A DNA stretch of 64,000 nt from the human T2T-CHM13v2.0 reference genome, Homo sapiens. The DNA is taken from NCBI RefSeq assembly GCF_009914755.1, contig NC_060927.1. The stretch is one strand, 5' to 3'. This document shows positions 1-13,592 of this stretch, piece after piece (position 1 is the first letter of the stretch; every line of letters starts with the position of its first letter). Under the pieces are notes generated by a model. It saw only the letters and a list, made by a program, of their open reading frames with translations, did not search any database and was not told where the DNA came from. Position numbers and translations under genes: made by a program.

Positions 1-1593
1 TGCATCTATGTACTATAAGGAAACTGAGCATTCACAACAGAAATTGGAGAGCATGGAATTAAGCAAAGTGGATAGATTGGTCTTATGAGGTGTTTTATCC
101 TGATACACAGCCTAATTGACCCCTTCTTGTGGCACTGTGTTTCTATGACACCATGTCTTTCCCTCGAATGGTACTAGATGGACATGGACAAGGACACTTA
201 ATCTTATTTGATCCTCTTGTCATTTCTCACCTTTTGGGTAGGAGAGATCTAGATATAGCAATCATAGTGAACCTTTTTAAATGGAAGTCACATATTACCT
301 CAGTATACCTAGTATAAAAAATTCGGGCTGATAAGGCCAGACATGATTTGACACTGGCTCTCTCTCCTACCTTGTCTCCTACCAGTCATGGCCCTCTTTC
401 CTCCATGGTTGTTGCACTGGCCATGTTACTGTTCTTGAACTTGCTGAGCAAATTCTCATTTCAGTGCCTGTGCATCTTTTCTTCCCTTTAGGTGGAAAGA
501 TTCCCTTCCAGAGATTAGCATGGCCTGCTCCCTTCATTCAGTTCTCTGTTAAGATGTTACCTCCTTCGGGAGGCCTTTGATCACCTCTAAAAATAGGACC
601 ACAGCCATTCTGTATGCCATTGCCATGCCTCAAACCACTTGTTACACTTAGTTTTATTTGTCCCACTACTATTATTTGAGCTCCATGAGAGCTTGTTGTT
701 TAGTTAACTACCTTGCCCCCTTAAGCCAGCCTTAGGGAGGGGTTCATTTCTTCTGATGAGATTTGGGAAGTGCTTTCCTCTCACCTTGCAGGGTACTTAC
801 AGGTCATCTGTTGGGATGGAGTACTTCTGCATGTGACTCATTTGAACTCTTTTAAGATGACTCTCATTAATGACCATATTTCAGAGCATGGTAGGGTTTT
901 TGTTAGTGGTTTTTTGTTTTTGTTTTGAATTGCACTTTTTTTTTGCTCATCTCATCTGATTTTAGGGTGTTGCCCACTTGTGGCTCCCTTTCCTAAGCAA
1001 ATTTTTCCTTTTCCAGCATTAGTGTGAGTCAGTGAGGAAGTGAAGAAGCAGCCCACTTTATAAACTGATAAAGCCACTTGGCTGATGTCTGCAATGCCAT
1101 ATTTTTCAAAGTACCGTGCGTTCTCTTTATCAAGGAAGACACATACATAAGATAGCAGACCTTCTCTTCTATAAAACATCAAAATAATACATTTGCTAGG
1201 GTTCAGCAAGTCCCTAGAAATATAACAGGACTGAGGCAAAATGTAATTCTCTCTCTCCAGTGTTTTTCTTCGTAAGATCAATGAGGTAATGTATTTTAAA
1301 AGTTTTTATTAATGCTTAATTTGATGGCCCTCTCAAGCATTTTCCCAGACTTAATCATAGGCTAGCTATATAATTATATAAGATTTTCTTCCTCCACCTA
1401 GAACGGCAAATGCACAAATAAATAGCCAGATTTCTTTCTGCATGGAGGAAGAAGAAAGCTAAAATTTTATTTAGCTTTGTTTGTTAATTTGTTAAAGATA
1501 AGAAGTGGTTTTTTGCTATCAGTATAAAGCTCAATTTATCTTTAAATGAGAGAAAAATTAAACTTTAATGGGGAGTTTTTTTCCGGATCTTAG

Positions 1594-1683
1594 ATTTTAA
1601 GTAACTGGAGAGAAGAACGATACCAAGATGACATAAAAGCGCGGCAGATGATGCACGAAGCATTGCAACTCCGCCTAAATTTG
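1594..1683 (+). CDS. MED12L: MED12L coding exon (90 nt; ILSNWREERYQDDIKARQMMHEALQLRLNL)
   Basis: tag| acceptor, |gtaagt donor, phase 0-0; peptide matches the MED12/MED12L family and chains in frame with later exons. Confidence 0.93.
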
Positions 1684-2716
1684 GTAAGTGACATTTCTAG
1701 TATTTTCCCTCCATTAAACATATTTACATGTGAAAATACCTCCAGCTTTCCACTTCTCCTAAGTGCAAAGTCTGCATTACAAGGTGAGGCCTTCCACTCT
1801 TTGCTCTCTGTAATTACTTCCCTGTTTCTAAAGCCTTCTGTTTCCCTTGCTGCTTTCCTTCCTGTCTGGTCAGACATCTAGACAGTGCTAGGTATTTTAA
1901 GCATAGATTTGCCTTCTCTACCTCTACCCCAGTGAATCTCTCCTTCTCTTCAGTTTGTGCTAAGAATAAATCTGAGAAGACTGTTATAAGTGTTAGCTTC
2001 TACTATACTTACTTAAAACCATTTAAAAAGTCTTTTAACTCAAAGTTTTGTCCAACTTTCCATCAAATTGATTATAAAGACAAATCCCACAGAGAAGTTT
2101 TATAGAAATTTAAAATGTCTCACATATTGTGCATTCCTTGAGTTTTCTTTTCCCATCAGGCAGGCCCAAGTGCAGGCCCCTCTGGAGGATGGCCTGCCTG
2201 ATACTTTTGCAGTTGTTTCTAACCTTGTCCCAACACGTGAACTGGTAGGTGTGCGGGCCAAGCCTCCTGCCCACCACTGCTGTGATAGTGGATGTTTCCA
2301 TATGGTATTATGATAGCAGGCTTAGATTCAATAGTAATTGTACAGCAAACACAAAGATGCAGATAATTGGATTACATGACTTTGACATTATTCAGGTTTA
2401 ATTCAACTATAATTGCATCATAAAACTGGACATCATAAAAGATTTGGAACAAAAGAAAGCTAAGTTTATTGGTGCCCACATTCAGATACTCACGTCCCTT
2501 CTTCATTTTAGTTAATGTTTGAATGACTGAACTGTGCTGAAAGAACTAAAAATAGTGATAAACATGTAGGTAAAAGAGAAAAGATAAGGTAATCTATAAA
2601 CTAGAGCATCCCTTGTTTTTTTAAATAAAAAACAATCAAAATTTGATAACATAAAGCAATGGGGTGTTCTTTCTGTTTTACAGAATGCAAATATCTTACT
2701 GTATTTTGTCTGCTAG

Positions 2717-2826
2717 GTAGGAGGAATGTTTGACACGGTGCAGAGGAGCACCCAGTGGACTACAGACTGGGCCCTGCTACTCCTTCAGATCATTACTTCA
2801 GGAACTGTTGACATGCACACTAACAA
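2717..2826 (+). CDS. MED12L: MED12L coding exon (110 nt; [36 protein letters not shown])
   Basis: tgctag| ... |gtatgt, phase 0-2; homologous to MED12 [11 protein letters not shown]. Confidence 0.93.
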
Positions 2827-3020
2827 GTATGTTTTTATCACTTCACATTGATTTTGCTACATGTATGCATGGTATAAGCTTTGATATACTGATGGCGATT
2901 TCTGCCACATCTTATTTACTTGGATGCTATTAAAAATTCTGTGCCTTGAATAAAAATACTCAGTTAAATAAGTGTATTTCAGTTTCACTTTAAGATGAAA
3001 ATAATTATTTTCTTTCTTAG

Positions 3021-3156
3021 TGAATTATTCACAACAGTTCTTGACATGCTGGGTGTTTTAATCAATGGAACGTTAGCCTCTGACCTATCAAATGCATCCC
3101 CTGGGGGATCTGAAGAGAACAAGCGTGCATACATGAATTTAGTAAAGAAACTGAAA
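3021..3156 (+). CDS. MED12L: MED12L coding exon (136 nt; [18 protein letters not shown]...NLVKKLK)
   Basis: ttcttag| ... |gtaagt, phase 2-0; lies within ORF 2995..3249. Confidence 0.94.
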
Positions 3157-3629
3157 GTAAGTTTGAGATCAGCCTGTATTATGAGCTCAAGTTGTTTATG
3201 GATTTATTATCTAGTGCATTTTAATTTATTACTCATTAAATGTTATTAATTGTATTCAACTTAATTTAATGTGATTATTTGCTATTTGTTTCACCTAACC
3301 TTATTAGTACCCAGAAGTTACATGCACATAACCTTGATTATTTTTTATTGAAAACAATTACATTATAAAACATGTTTAATTTTTTAAAGAACTTTAGAAA
3401 TCCACTGTTAAATATATAACCAGAATACTAACATTAGATAGATTTAGGATAACTGTATGCTTGGACTGGCACGTGTAATTGAAAAAATAGCCATCTGCAT
3501 TGAAATTTATAAATCGATTCATTTGACCGACCACTAACAGACTCCTTTAAAAAAAAATTGTAAGAAAACAGTGCAAAAAAGAAACCAAATAAATCTGATG
3601 CGTTACCAATCAAATAAATCAATGGTTAC

Positions 3630-3694
3630 CTTGTAATCTGACCCTGGACATGAGAAAGTGTTCTGTTCTGCAGCTCCTGTCTTCTGATTGTGAT
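3630..3694 (-). other. P2RY12: Non-coding first exon (5'UTR) of nested antisense gene P2RY12
   Basis: Minus strand reads ATCACAATCAGAAGACAGGAGCTGCAGAACAGAACACTTTCTCATGTCCAGGGTCAGATTACAAG|GTAACC. This matches the P2RY12 mRNA 5' end as I recall it and ends at a good donor; P2RY12 is known to lie antisense within MED12L introns. Confidence 0.8.
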
Positions 3695-3960
3695 CACTAC
3701 CCTGGATTTTTGTCATTTCAGCACTATGATGTTTGTTGTGTAACAACAGTGCCTTTGTATGTGTTCTATTTTCTACTTAAATAGAAGAAATGAAACACTC
3801 ATTGCTCTATTTGGAACTGCCTTGTAGAACATGTTCAGGGTTAAAGAACATGCGCTAAGCTATAAAAAGGGAAATGTTTCATAGGGGAACTTCCTTCTGG
3901 TTAACTTTTGCCTTCATTGTAATTTCTGTCCCACTTCTCACTCTCTCTCTCTCTCTTTTT
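3695..3960 (-). promoter_or_regulatory. P2RY12: Putative P2RY12 proximal promoter
   Basis: Directly upstream of the exon above; GGGGAACTTCC at 3884-3894 combines ETS/PU.1-like and NF-kB-like motifs. Confidence 0.5.
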
Positions 3961-3967
3961 TCTTTAG

Positions 3968-4129
3968 AAAGAGCTAGGAGACAAGCGATCAGAAAGTATT
4001 GACAAAGTTCGACAGTTACTACCTTTGCCGAAACAGACATGTGATGTCATCACTTGTGAACCTATGGGTTCCTTGATTGACACAAAAGGAAACAAAATTG
4101 CTGGATTTGACTCTATAGATAAAAAACAG
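3968..4129 (+). CDS. MED12L: MED12L coding exon (162 nt; [23 protein letters not shown]...FDSIDKKQ) with GC donor
   Basis: Long pyrimidine tract then tag|; phase 0-0; donor CAG|GCAAGA, with an alternative in-frame GT 6 nt downstream. Confidence 0.9.
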
Positions 4130-4493
4130 GCAAGAGTGAATGTTTTTTCTTATATATAAATTTATTTACAAAAGATGAAATACTTTTTTTTGTCTTACCA
4201 TAGGATATATAAAATATATGAATTTTGCTGTTGATGTTTTTAAGGCATATGCTTGTCTTCTAAGTGTACTTAGTCATTGGCATTATCATATAAAGAGGTC
4301 ATATCTTTGAAGATCTACGTTTTATATGTTTAAAGGACTTAAAATGTTTCCCTGAATTTAAGTAAATTTTTGGAAACCTACCAAGAGAAAACTAAGTAAA
4401 AGCTTAGTGTAAAAAAAAAATTGCATAAATAAGTTCTGATTATACTTCAGATTTAGAAGCAGAATATATTTATCAATGAAAAATTTCTTGTAA

Positions 4494-4674
4494 GCTGAGC
4501 ATGGTGGCACATGTCTTTAGTTCCAGCTACTTGGGAGGCTGAGGCAGGAGGATTGCTTGAAGCCAGGAGTTTAAGGCTGCAATGTGCTAGGCTCATGCCT
4601 GTGAATAGCCACTACACCCTAGCCTGGGCAACAAAGTGAGACCCTGTCTCTGGGGGGGAAAAAAAAAAAAAAAA
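4494..4674 (+). mobile_element. FAM-like fossil Alu monomer
   Basis: Single monomer retaining the 7SL-like GCCTGTGAATAGCCACT segment, followed by an A tail. Confidence 0.75.
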
Positions 4675-5169
4675 CCTTCCTGTAGTAAGCTATTTCAAAT
4701 AAAAATTATTTTAATTGTTAGGATATTCTCTATTCCTATCAAGCAGTATTTAATGGACATTTGTTTTATATAAGATATTAAAGATGGTTCTCTAAAATAT
4801 GAGAAAATTGGTCAGTTACTCTTTTAATGAACAGTAAGCAACCACCGACATTCCACAATCACCAAGATGAAAGACAGAGTTCCTACCCTCAAGGGGGAAG
4901 TAGACAGACAATTACAGTGTAATGAGATTTGTGTGACATGGTACAGAGAGAGTATTAGGGGATAGAATAGAGGGTCCCCAGGAAAATTGACACGAGTCAT
5001 TTTGAAGGATTAAGAGTTAGCTGGGAGGTAGGGAAAATTGTGGTACAAATAAAGGGAGAGTTTATATGAAGACATGAAAGAATCAGATTTACCAGGGAAT
5101 TTAGAGTAGCCTGAGAATCTAATACCAGTTTGTGTAAAGAAAAAAAGCTAAAGTCATGGTCAAGTTTGA

Positions 5170-5947
<778 letters not shown>

Positions 5948-6746
5948 TGAACCTTAGTTTTAGATGAAGCTACTCATAAAAGAATGCGTATAGATAACAA
6001 CAGTAACACTTACATCTTAGGGAATGACTGAGTAGTTATTTGGGGGCCATTTAAGGAAAAATATTTTTAAATTGACATTTTAAGGCAAGTGCCAAGAGAT
6101 GTCACCAATTAATGTTAAGAATAAAAAGAGGGTAACCGTTTTTTTTTTCTAGAGTCAGTAAATATAAGCTTGAGTTGAAAGACTTTACTTATTCCTGCTG
6201 CTACAATTTAATTCTCTAATAATAATATTATATTCAGAGTATGGCTTATTAAGTACAGGGCCCACATATTGAACCAAGTTCATGCAGATTTGGATTGAAG
6301 TTAATACTAACCCAATTACAGGTTGACTATAACTTGACTCTTAAATTTGATATTATCTTCAAAATTATAAATAGATTACGGAGATTTAGAACTGGTTATA
6401 ATTTAGTAAGATTAACTTTGCAGTGTTAGAATTTTTAGCAACAAATTTTTAGAATTTTTTTAGCAAAAAGAGGAAATACACATTAACAATAAAATATGCT
6501 AGACTGCCTCTGTTGCCTAAACAGAGCATCATGTGGTTAAAGAACTGTAGAACCGGGCTTACAAAGGTCTGAATTCTAGCCACTGCTCTCCGGTGATGTA
6601 GCTGTGTAACCCTCTCTGCTGTATTCTCGGGTTCTCTAGGGCTCATGCCAGCCAAAGTGTTCTCTGACTCCATGTCCCATACAAGCCTGGCCTATGAATA
6701 AGGAAAAGATCTGAGTGTGCTATCTTAGAGCGCTATTTTCCCACAG

Positions 6747-7109
6747 GGTCTCCAGGTCTCTACGAAGCAGAAGGTGTCCCCGTGGGACTTGTTTGAGGGT
6801 CAGAAGAACCCAGCTCCTTTGTCCTGGGCCTGGTTTGGGACAGTCCGAGTGGACCGAAGAGTGATCAAGTACGAGGAGCAGCATCACCTCCTGCTGTATC
6901 ACACACACCCCATGCCCAAGCCCCGCAGTTACTACCTCCAGCCACTGCCCCTGCCTCCTGAGGAGGAAGAGGAAGAGCCCACATCTCCAGTTTCTCAGGA
7001 ACCAGAAAGGAAGTCCGCTGAGCTGTCAGATCAGGGAAAAACCACAACAGATGAAGAAAAGAAAACAAAAGGAAGGAAGCGCAAGACGAAATCTAGCTCA
7101 AGAGTTGAT
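6747..7109 (+). CDS. MED12L: MED12L coding exon (363 nt; [18 protein letters not shown]...KSSSRVD)
   Basis: ccacag| ... |gtaagt, phase 0-0; overlaps ORF 6774..7211. Confidence 0.95.
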
Positions 7110-8915
7110 GTAAGTGGGGAAAGGAAGGAGAACCTTGGCTCATTAGCATTTAGTATGAGATTTACTCGTGCCCAAATCATATCCCTCGAAACATTACCAA
7201 GAGCAGGATAAGTTTTGTTATGACAGTTCTCCTAACAGGTTTCTGCATTAACTGAATGGCACACAATGACTTGTCACAGACAAAAGATTAAAGCTTTTGA
7301 TTTTCCGTCCTCCACTTTTAATAATTTTATTTTAATTGTAGGCTTCCATTGTAATATTTAATTAATATTTCAGTGCCTCCTAATTTCCTCGGGTTTGAAA
7401 CTTGAAATTTTTAGAACTATACAATCCCATTCTCTCACATATTTTTAATATGTCTAAAATATTTATTGTATTTTAAGTGGTTGATATCTTCAGTAAATTA
7501 ACATAAAAAGCTCTATTTGGTTTTTCTTTGATAAAACTTGGAGTTAGCATAGCCAATAGGATGTTCCTGAGATTTTATGTTTTACTATTCCATCTTACCC
7601 TCATATATTTTCCTTCTTTACCATGTTTTCAGACTTTATAAAAGATGAAAATAAGCCTAATTTAAAATAGTTTTACTTCTTGTTTCTCTATTAGTGTTCC
7701 CCACGTATAATAATCTTTTCATTACAACAGAAATCTATTTGATGGTGATTTAGAAATAATTTTATAAACCTTGAGAAGTAATGCATAAAATGTTTTTCTA
7801 TTTAAATTAAATTAAAACCTGGAAAATATTTGATAGAGGATTTGAGACATTTTTAATGAAATTCCACAGCATTCTTGCTGCACAGTGGAAGAAATATTCA
7901 CCATTTCATTCAGATATTCATGATTGGTTATTGTTTACCTATGTGAGAACTAAAATACATCTTTTCCTAGCTGATAGCTTGGTGATTAATACTATTTTAG
8001 AAATGACCACCACCACTTTAGGATGCCACTTGAGCATCAGTGCCCCCTTCTCATTCAGTCTTCCTACCAGTATTCCTTTGTCTTGAAGGGAAGTTTAAAA
8101 TGGTCCAGACTGACACTCCCTCAAATTTGGGGTTTCCAGCCTGTCAGTCCACGTGGATGGGCTTTTGTTCTTTTCTGATGAAAAAGCCCTGAAACCAATC
8201 CTGCTCCCCAGGTCAGTCTGGTCATGTCCCCTCTTCCTCTATTCTTCCTGAAGCTCCCTCTTTTCAATGAGATATGCTCTTCAGTAAAATTGCAGGGAAA
8301 TGAGATTTTGTTTCTCTTCCATCCTCTAGGGCTAGACTAGATGAGGGAAGGTAGGGAAATTGAGACCTTCAGGTGTGATCCTTACAGGCTTTGCAGCTAC
8401 TATAAGGAAGAGGAAGCATGGGGGATGAGGGGAGTGTCTACTTCTTTAGAACGATGTCTGGAAAATTGCAAGTGAAATACCATCTTGGCCAAAGAGTGGT
8501 TCTGAAGCACTGTAGGGCTCTCTGGCGTAATTCTCCAGACCCAAGATATTGGAAAGGCCTTCTAAGATGAAATGATCATGAGTCTTAGCAACTGAAGGTG
8601 CTTTTTCAGTGATGAGTGTCGTTCAGTATTGGTATTCCTGACACACTTGTAGTCTTTTGAAATAGAATTCAGAAGAGATCCTTTTCCATCTCTGCCCACT
8701 GCAAGCCAAGCACTGTTTAAGTCAAGGAAAAGTTTACCTCAAATGAATATTTCCAGGGGATTTATTAGCACTCTTCCTTCCATCTTCTCCTTTATAAAAA
8801 ACAGCTTTGTACATTGGGATAGGAGGTACCTCAGATAGCTTACTGAAGTTATTTGCATTAATTAGCTGTGTGATATGTGGAGTTACGTAACTTTTTAAAA
8901 AACTTTATGTTGAAG

Positions 8916-9072
8916 GAATATCCACAGAGCAACATATACCGAGTGCCTCCTAATTACTCGCCTATCTCCTCCCAAATGATGCACCATCCACAGTCCACCT
9001 TGTGGGGTTACAACCTCGTGGGCCAGCCCCAGCAGCCCGGCTTTTTCCTTCAGAACCAATCTCTTACTCCAG
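8916..9072 (+). CDS. MED12L: MED12L coding exon (157 nt; EYPQSNIYRVPPNY...NQSLTP)
   Basis: ttgaag| (weak acceptor) ... |gtatgt, phase 0-1. Confidence 0.9.
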
Positions 9073-9829
9073 GTATGTGATGAGAAAGCACAGATCACTC
9101 AGAGATGAGAAACAGCTTGTGGTTCTCTTTGCTTTTAACCTGAAACCTCCACAAAACTTGGACATTTCAACCACTGAGTGCTCAGTTGACATTTCTGTAA
9201 TTCCCTTCACACAGAAATGTTTTTTGTTTTCTAAAATAGGTTAAATTACGAGTTTATGTACTGATTTTGGAACTTTTATTTAGTGTTAAAAGGAAATTAG
9301 CTAGTGATGAAAATCTAAGCTGTAAGATATAAAAGTTGATAACGGTTTTATGTTATAAAATGTGTGTATTTTTATCAGATATAATTCTTATTGGCATTTT
9401 AAAAGATTACACAATATTGCACAGTGTCTTTTATTGTTCTGAATTATCATGACAGCTAAGAAAATTGGTTCAGCAAGATTTAGATAACAACAAGGAAAAC
9501 TACCATAGTAAATGTTCCTGATTTTAGTATTGCTTTGGTTCAAGCCCAAGTAGATTTCTCGTCCCAAATGAAAATTTTCTAAATGAAAACATCTCTTAAT
9601 GAAAAATGAATTCAATTTTCTTTCTATATGAAACATTGCATGTTTTAGCATATTTAAATTATTTGAAATCTGTCAGCATTGTTAGGATGTGCCATTTTAA
9701 CAAATAATTTTTTAAATTTTTCTATTGTGATTTTTATTATAACTTGAGTTTGACATTTTGAGGTCTGTGGAAGAAAATGTTTCATTTATGGCTTATAGCA
9801 GGGGGAAATCCATATTTTGTCCTCTAAAT

Positions 9830-9990
9830 TAATGGTTAAAGGAACTGGTCTGGTAGTTAAGCGTTTTAGATTCAAATCTGGTTCTACCACTCTCTTGCTG
9901 TATAATCTTGGCCAAATCTTAATTTCTCTGTGCCTCATTTTGGTCATCTGTAAAATGAATATGCTAATACCTATTCCCATAGGGTGGGTG
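9830..9990 (-). mobile_element. MIR SINE fragment
   Basis: MIR core: tctctgtgcctcattt...catctgtaaaatg. Confidence 0.6.
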
Positions 9991-10425
9991 ATTCAGTTAT
10001 TTATTCAAGAATGTATTGAGCTTCATGATACAGTGGACCCAGTTTTGGATGCTAGGATATTGCAGTGACTAAAGTGTGCAAAATACCTACTTTTTAAAAG
10101 ATGAAATAAAGTTTATGTTACACACACATACATATGTAAGATTTAAAAGTAAATTGTAATAGTTATATAGCCTTTTGAAGGTAGCCTGACCCCACAGACA
10201 TGTTCAGTAAGTGATCTTCACATATTCCTAGCTCAGGGCATTTGTGCTTGCTGACCCCTGTGCCTGCAGTGCTCTCCCTCAAATATCTACATCACTTCCT
10301 GCCTGTCTCCGTTGGGCTTGGTCACATTACTTTCTCACTGGGGCCTTTACTAACCTGTTTTAAATTGTAGACCCATACCCCTTCCCTGTACCCTCTGTTT
10401 CTCTCTTTTTTCTGTTTCTCTGTTG

Positions 10426-10644
10426 CAAGCACATCCAATCTTTTGGCTTCCTTGGGCCACATTGGAAGAAGAATTGTCTTGGGCCACACATAAAATACAC
10501 AAACAATAGGCGATCAACTACAAAAAAAAAGAATCACAAAAAAAACTCGTAATGTTTTAAGAACGTTTACAAATTTTTGTTGGGCTGCATACAAAGCCAT
10601 CTTGGGCCGCATGCAGCACACAAGCCATGAGTTGGACAAGCTTG
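10426..10644. mobile_element. MER30-like hAT MITE inserted in an L2 remnant (~10220-10830)
   Basis: CAAGC..TCCAA / TTGGACAAGCTTG termini; typical ttgggccacattggaagaagaattgtcttgggccacac body. Confidence 0.75.
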
Positions 10645-10932
10645 CTCTACAGCATCAGACTTGCTTATATCTTACTTTCTTATTGATTTATTATCTTCCC
10701 AGAATGTAAGCCTCGTGGCAGATATTTTTCCTATTATGTTCACTGCAGTATCCCCAGAACTTAGAGGAACCTCTGGCTTTATAGTAGGCTTTTAAAAATA
10801 GATTGTTGAGTGAATGAATATAGACTACAAACTAGACTCAGAGTGAAAAAGAAGGATGCAATCATCATCCTTTTAAACTTCCTCTTTTTAATGCCACGGT
10901 CCATGTGAATTTTTAGCCATTTTAAACTTTGG

Positions 10933-10976
10933 AGATGTAGAAGTTTGTTTGTAGATGTAGAAGTTTGTTTGTAGAT
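10933..10976. repeat. Perfect tandem duplication of the 20-mer AGATGTAGAAGTTTGTTTGT (2.2 copies)
   Basis: Read directly from the sequence. Confidence 0.9.
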
Positions 10977-11118
10977 ATTTGACACACAAGGACTGTCTGT
11001 GAATTGAAAGCTAACTACTTTGTAAAAGCACATAATCTCTCCCTATAGAATACTATAGAAAGCTTTTTATAAACTGAGGAACTTTAGGTGTGAGATGGCA
11101 TTTAAAAAATAAATTTTG

Positions 11119-11443
11119 GGCTGGGCACGGTGGCTGACACCTGTAATCCCAGCACTTTGGGAGGCCAAAGTGGGCAGATCACCTAAGGTCAGGAGTTAAA
11201 GACCAGCCTGGCCAATATGGTGAAACCCCGTATCTACTAAAAATACAAAAAACAAAATTAGCCAGGCATGGTGGTGCCTGAAATCCCAGCTGCTTGGGAG
11301 GCCAAAGCAGGAGAATAACTTGAACCTAGGAGGCAAAGGTTGCTTGAACTGAGATTGCATCATTGCACTCCACCCTGGGTGACAGAGCGAGACTCCATCT
11401 CAAGAAAAAAAAAAAAAAAAAAAAAAGTAAAAATAAATAAATA
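11119..11443 (+). mobile_element. Alu (AluS-like)
   Basis: Dimeric Alu with A/(AAAT)n tail; TSD AAATAAATTTTG. Confidence 0.92.
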
Positions 11444-12018
11444 AATAAATTTTGAAAAAAATTATTTTTGAGGATTTATATGAGCAAATTTATTTTCATT
11501 TAAACAAGCACAATCTAAAGTTACAAGACAGTATGTACAGCATGATTCCATTCATATAGGGTTTAAATGCAAAACAATCTCCCACCATCACTCACATACA
11601 AAAACATATGTATCTTTCCTAATCTTTCTCATATATACACACCAGTATTATAAAGTTGTAAGGAAATGCATAGGATAGTAAACTCCAGATTCAGAGTAGC
11701 ATTTGGTAGGAGTAAGTGAGGAAAGTAATTAGGTGTACAAAGGGCTTCAGCCATATTTGTAATATTTTATTCCAGTAGTTTCTCAGAGGTACAAGATCAT
11801 AGAGTTAGGAAAATTTTTAAAAATTAGATTATAGTTTAATCTTTAAAAAGAATTTCCCTTTTCTGTAAATGAGTCTCTTTTTACATATCAATATACATAA
11901 TTCTTAACACGTAATATATGTTCTGATTGTTGCTTCAATAGAAGTTACCCAGCCATGTGTTACTTAGATTGATCTTCTGTTTTTTTCCAAATGCTCTTCA
12001 AATGCTGCTGAATGACTT

Positions 12019-12687
12019 TGTAAATAGAAGAAGATGGCTGAGGCAAATCTCACTCATTTTAGAGGTTTCTTGTGCCAAGGTTGAGGACATGCCTGGGAGA
12101 AAGGAACACAGAATCACAGGAACATCTCTGCTTTTTCCAAAGAGGATTTGGGGGCTTCCGTATTTAAAGGGGAAAGAGTAGGCAGTAGGGGAAAGAAGAA
12201 AGAAAAAGAAGGGGAAGTAGATAAAAGGAGTAAGCAGTTTCATTCTTTAGAGGCTTTGATCAGCATTCCCTGAATCTACATTTTACATATGAAAGAAGCA
12301 GGTTAAAGGTTTAGTCAATTACGGTGTTGAATCTGCATTTTTACATAAGATTAAGTAAACATAGAGTAGAGGAAGAAGTCAAGTATATATTTGTCTCTGA
12401 TAAGTGGAGGGATGACTTCTAGTTCTGTCCTGCTCCCCCACAACCCCCCCTCCCACCGTAAAGATAAGCTGTTAATTTTAGGGTAAATCTTTTGGAACCC
12501 ACAAGGAATTTCCTTGTGAGCAAATTATGAGGGAGACCTCCTAGGGAGGTATATAGCCTTCTATCTTTGTAGCTATCTATTTAGGAAACAAACCAGGGGA
12601 TAGTTTTGCATGACTCAGTTCCCAACATTGACTTTTACCTTTGTCATAGTGAGTTTGGTGTCCCAAGATTTTTAGTTTCCTTTCACA
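12019..12687 (-). mobile_element. Solo LTR, ERV1 MER4-group-like
   Basis: TG...CA termini with a perfect 4-bp TSD ACTT (12015-12018, 12688-12691); cccaagatt...tttcctttcaca end typical of MER4-group LTRs. Confidence 0.75.
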
Positions 12688-13592
12688 ACTTCATAAATTG
12701 TATTGCTGATTGTGGCACTGAGTCTTTAAAAGAATGTGGGTTTTTCCAAAAAAACAGCTTTAAAATGTTTGTTTTCATCATACACCTTGCTTTATAGAAA
12801 AGATAAAACAACTTTTGTGAGGTGCTTATGTAGAGGTTTTTTTCATTTACATGTATCAAGGACTATTTTTGGTGAATGAAGAATTTACATTTATTGTGAA
12901 GCCAGCAAATGTCGACTTTTTTTTCCCTAACTTTTAAATGCGCGTGACAAATTATAATATACAAATATGTAAAGGATTTCCTGTGGTTTCTTAAGCATCG
13001 GTATAATAGTTGCTTGTTTATTTGATTTTTAGCCTTCAAAAAAGATGTTTTGTCATTACAATCATAGTACTTGAAGTTTGCAAGCATTTCAAGATTTTAA
13101 AGTATTTTCATGCCTCTGCTATAAAACAGGCATTTTCATTTTGCCATGGTGAAAAGACTTTAATGACATGAGCTTCAGATTTGATGAAAAGTACAAAAGG
13201 ATTTATATGAATGGCTTAAGAACTTGGCAAAATACATCACAAAGGCAGTATGTTTTATACAAGTAATATGTTCCTGAGGGCCTTGCCTAATTTAAAACCC
13301 ATGTAATTATGAAATTATGCCAACAACTGTATGTTTTACACATTTCAATTTATGAACTGAAGACCTCCATGAAATTAAAGTAGTATAATTCACTTCTACA
13401 TCACTCCCCTCAACTTTTGTAAGTTATGCAACTCAACAGGTCTATAATATTTGTGGCAGGTGGGACAGTGCATTTTTTTCTACTTTGTTCATAAAGTGAG
13501 ACTTAGAAGGTGAAATTTCTGTGTTTTGATACATAAAAAGACCTGTTGCATTAACGTAGTTAGAAAGTGTTTCCTTTTGGTTGCTTTTGTAG

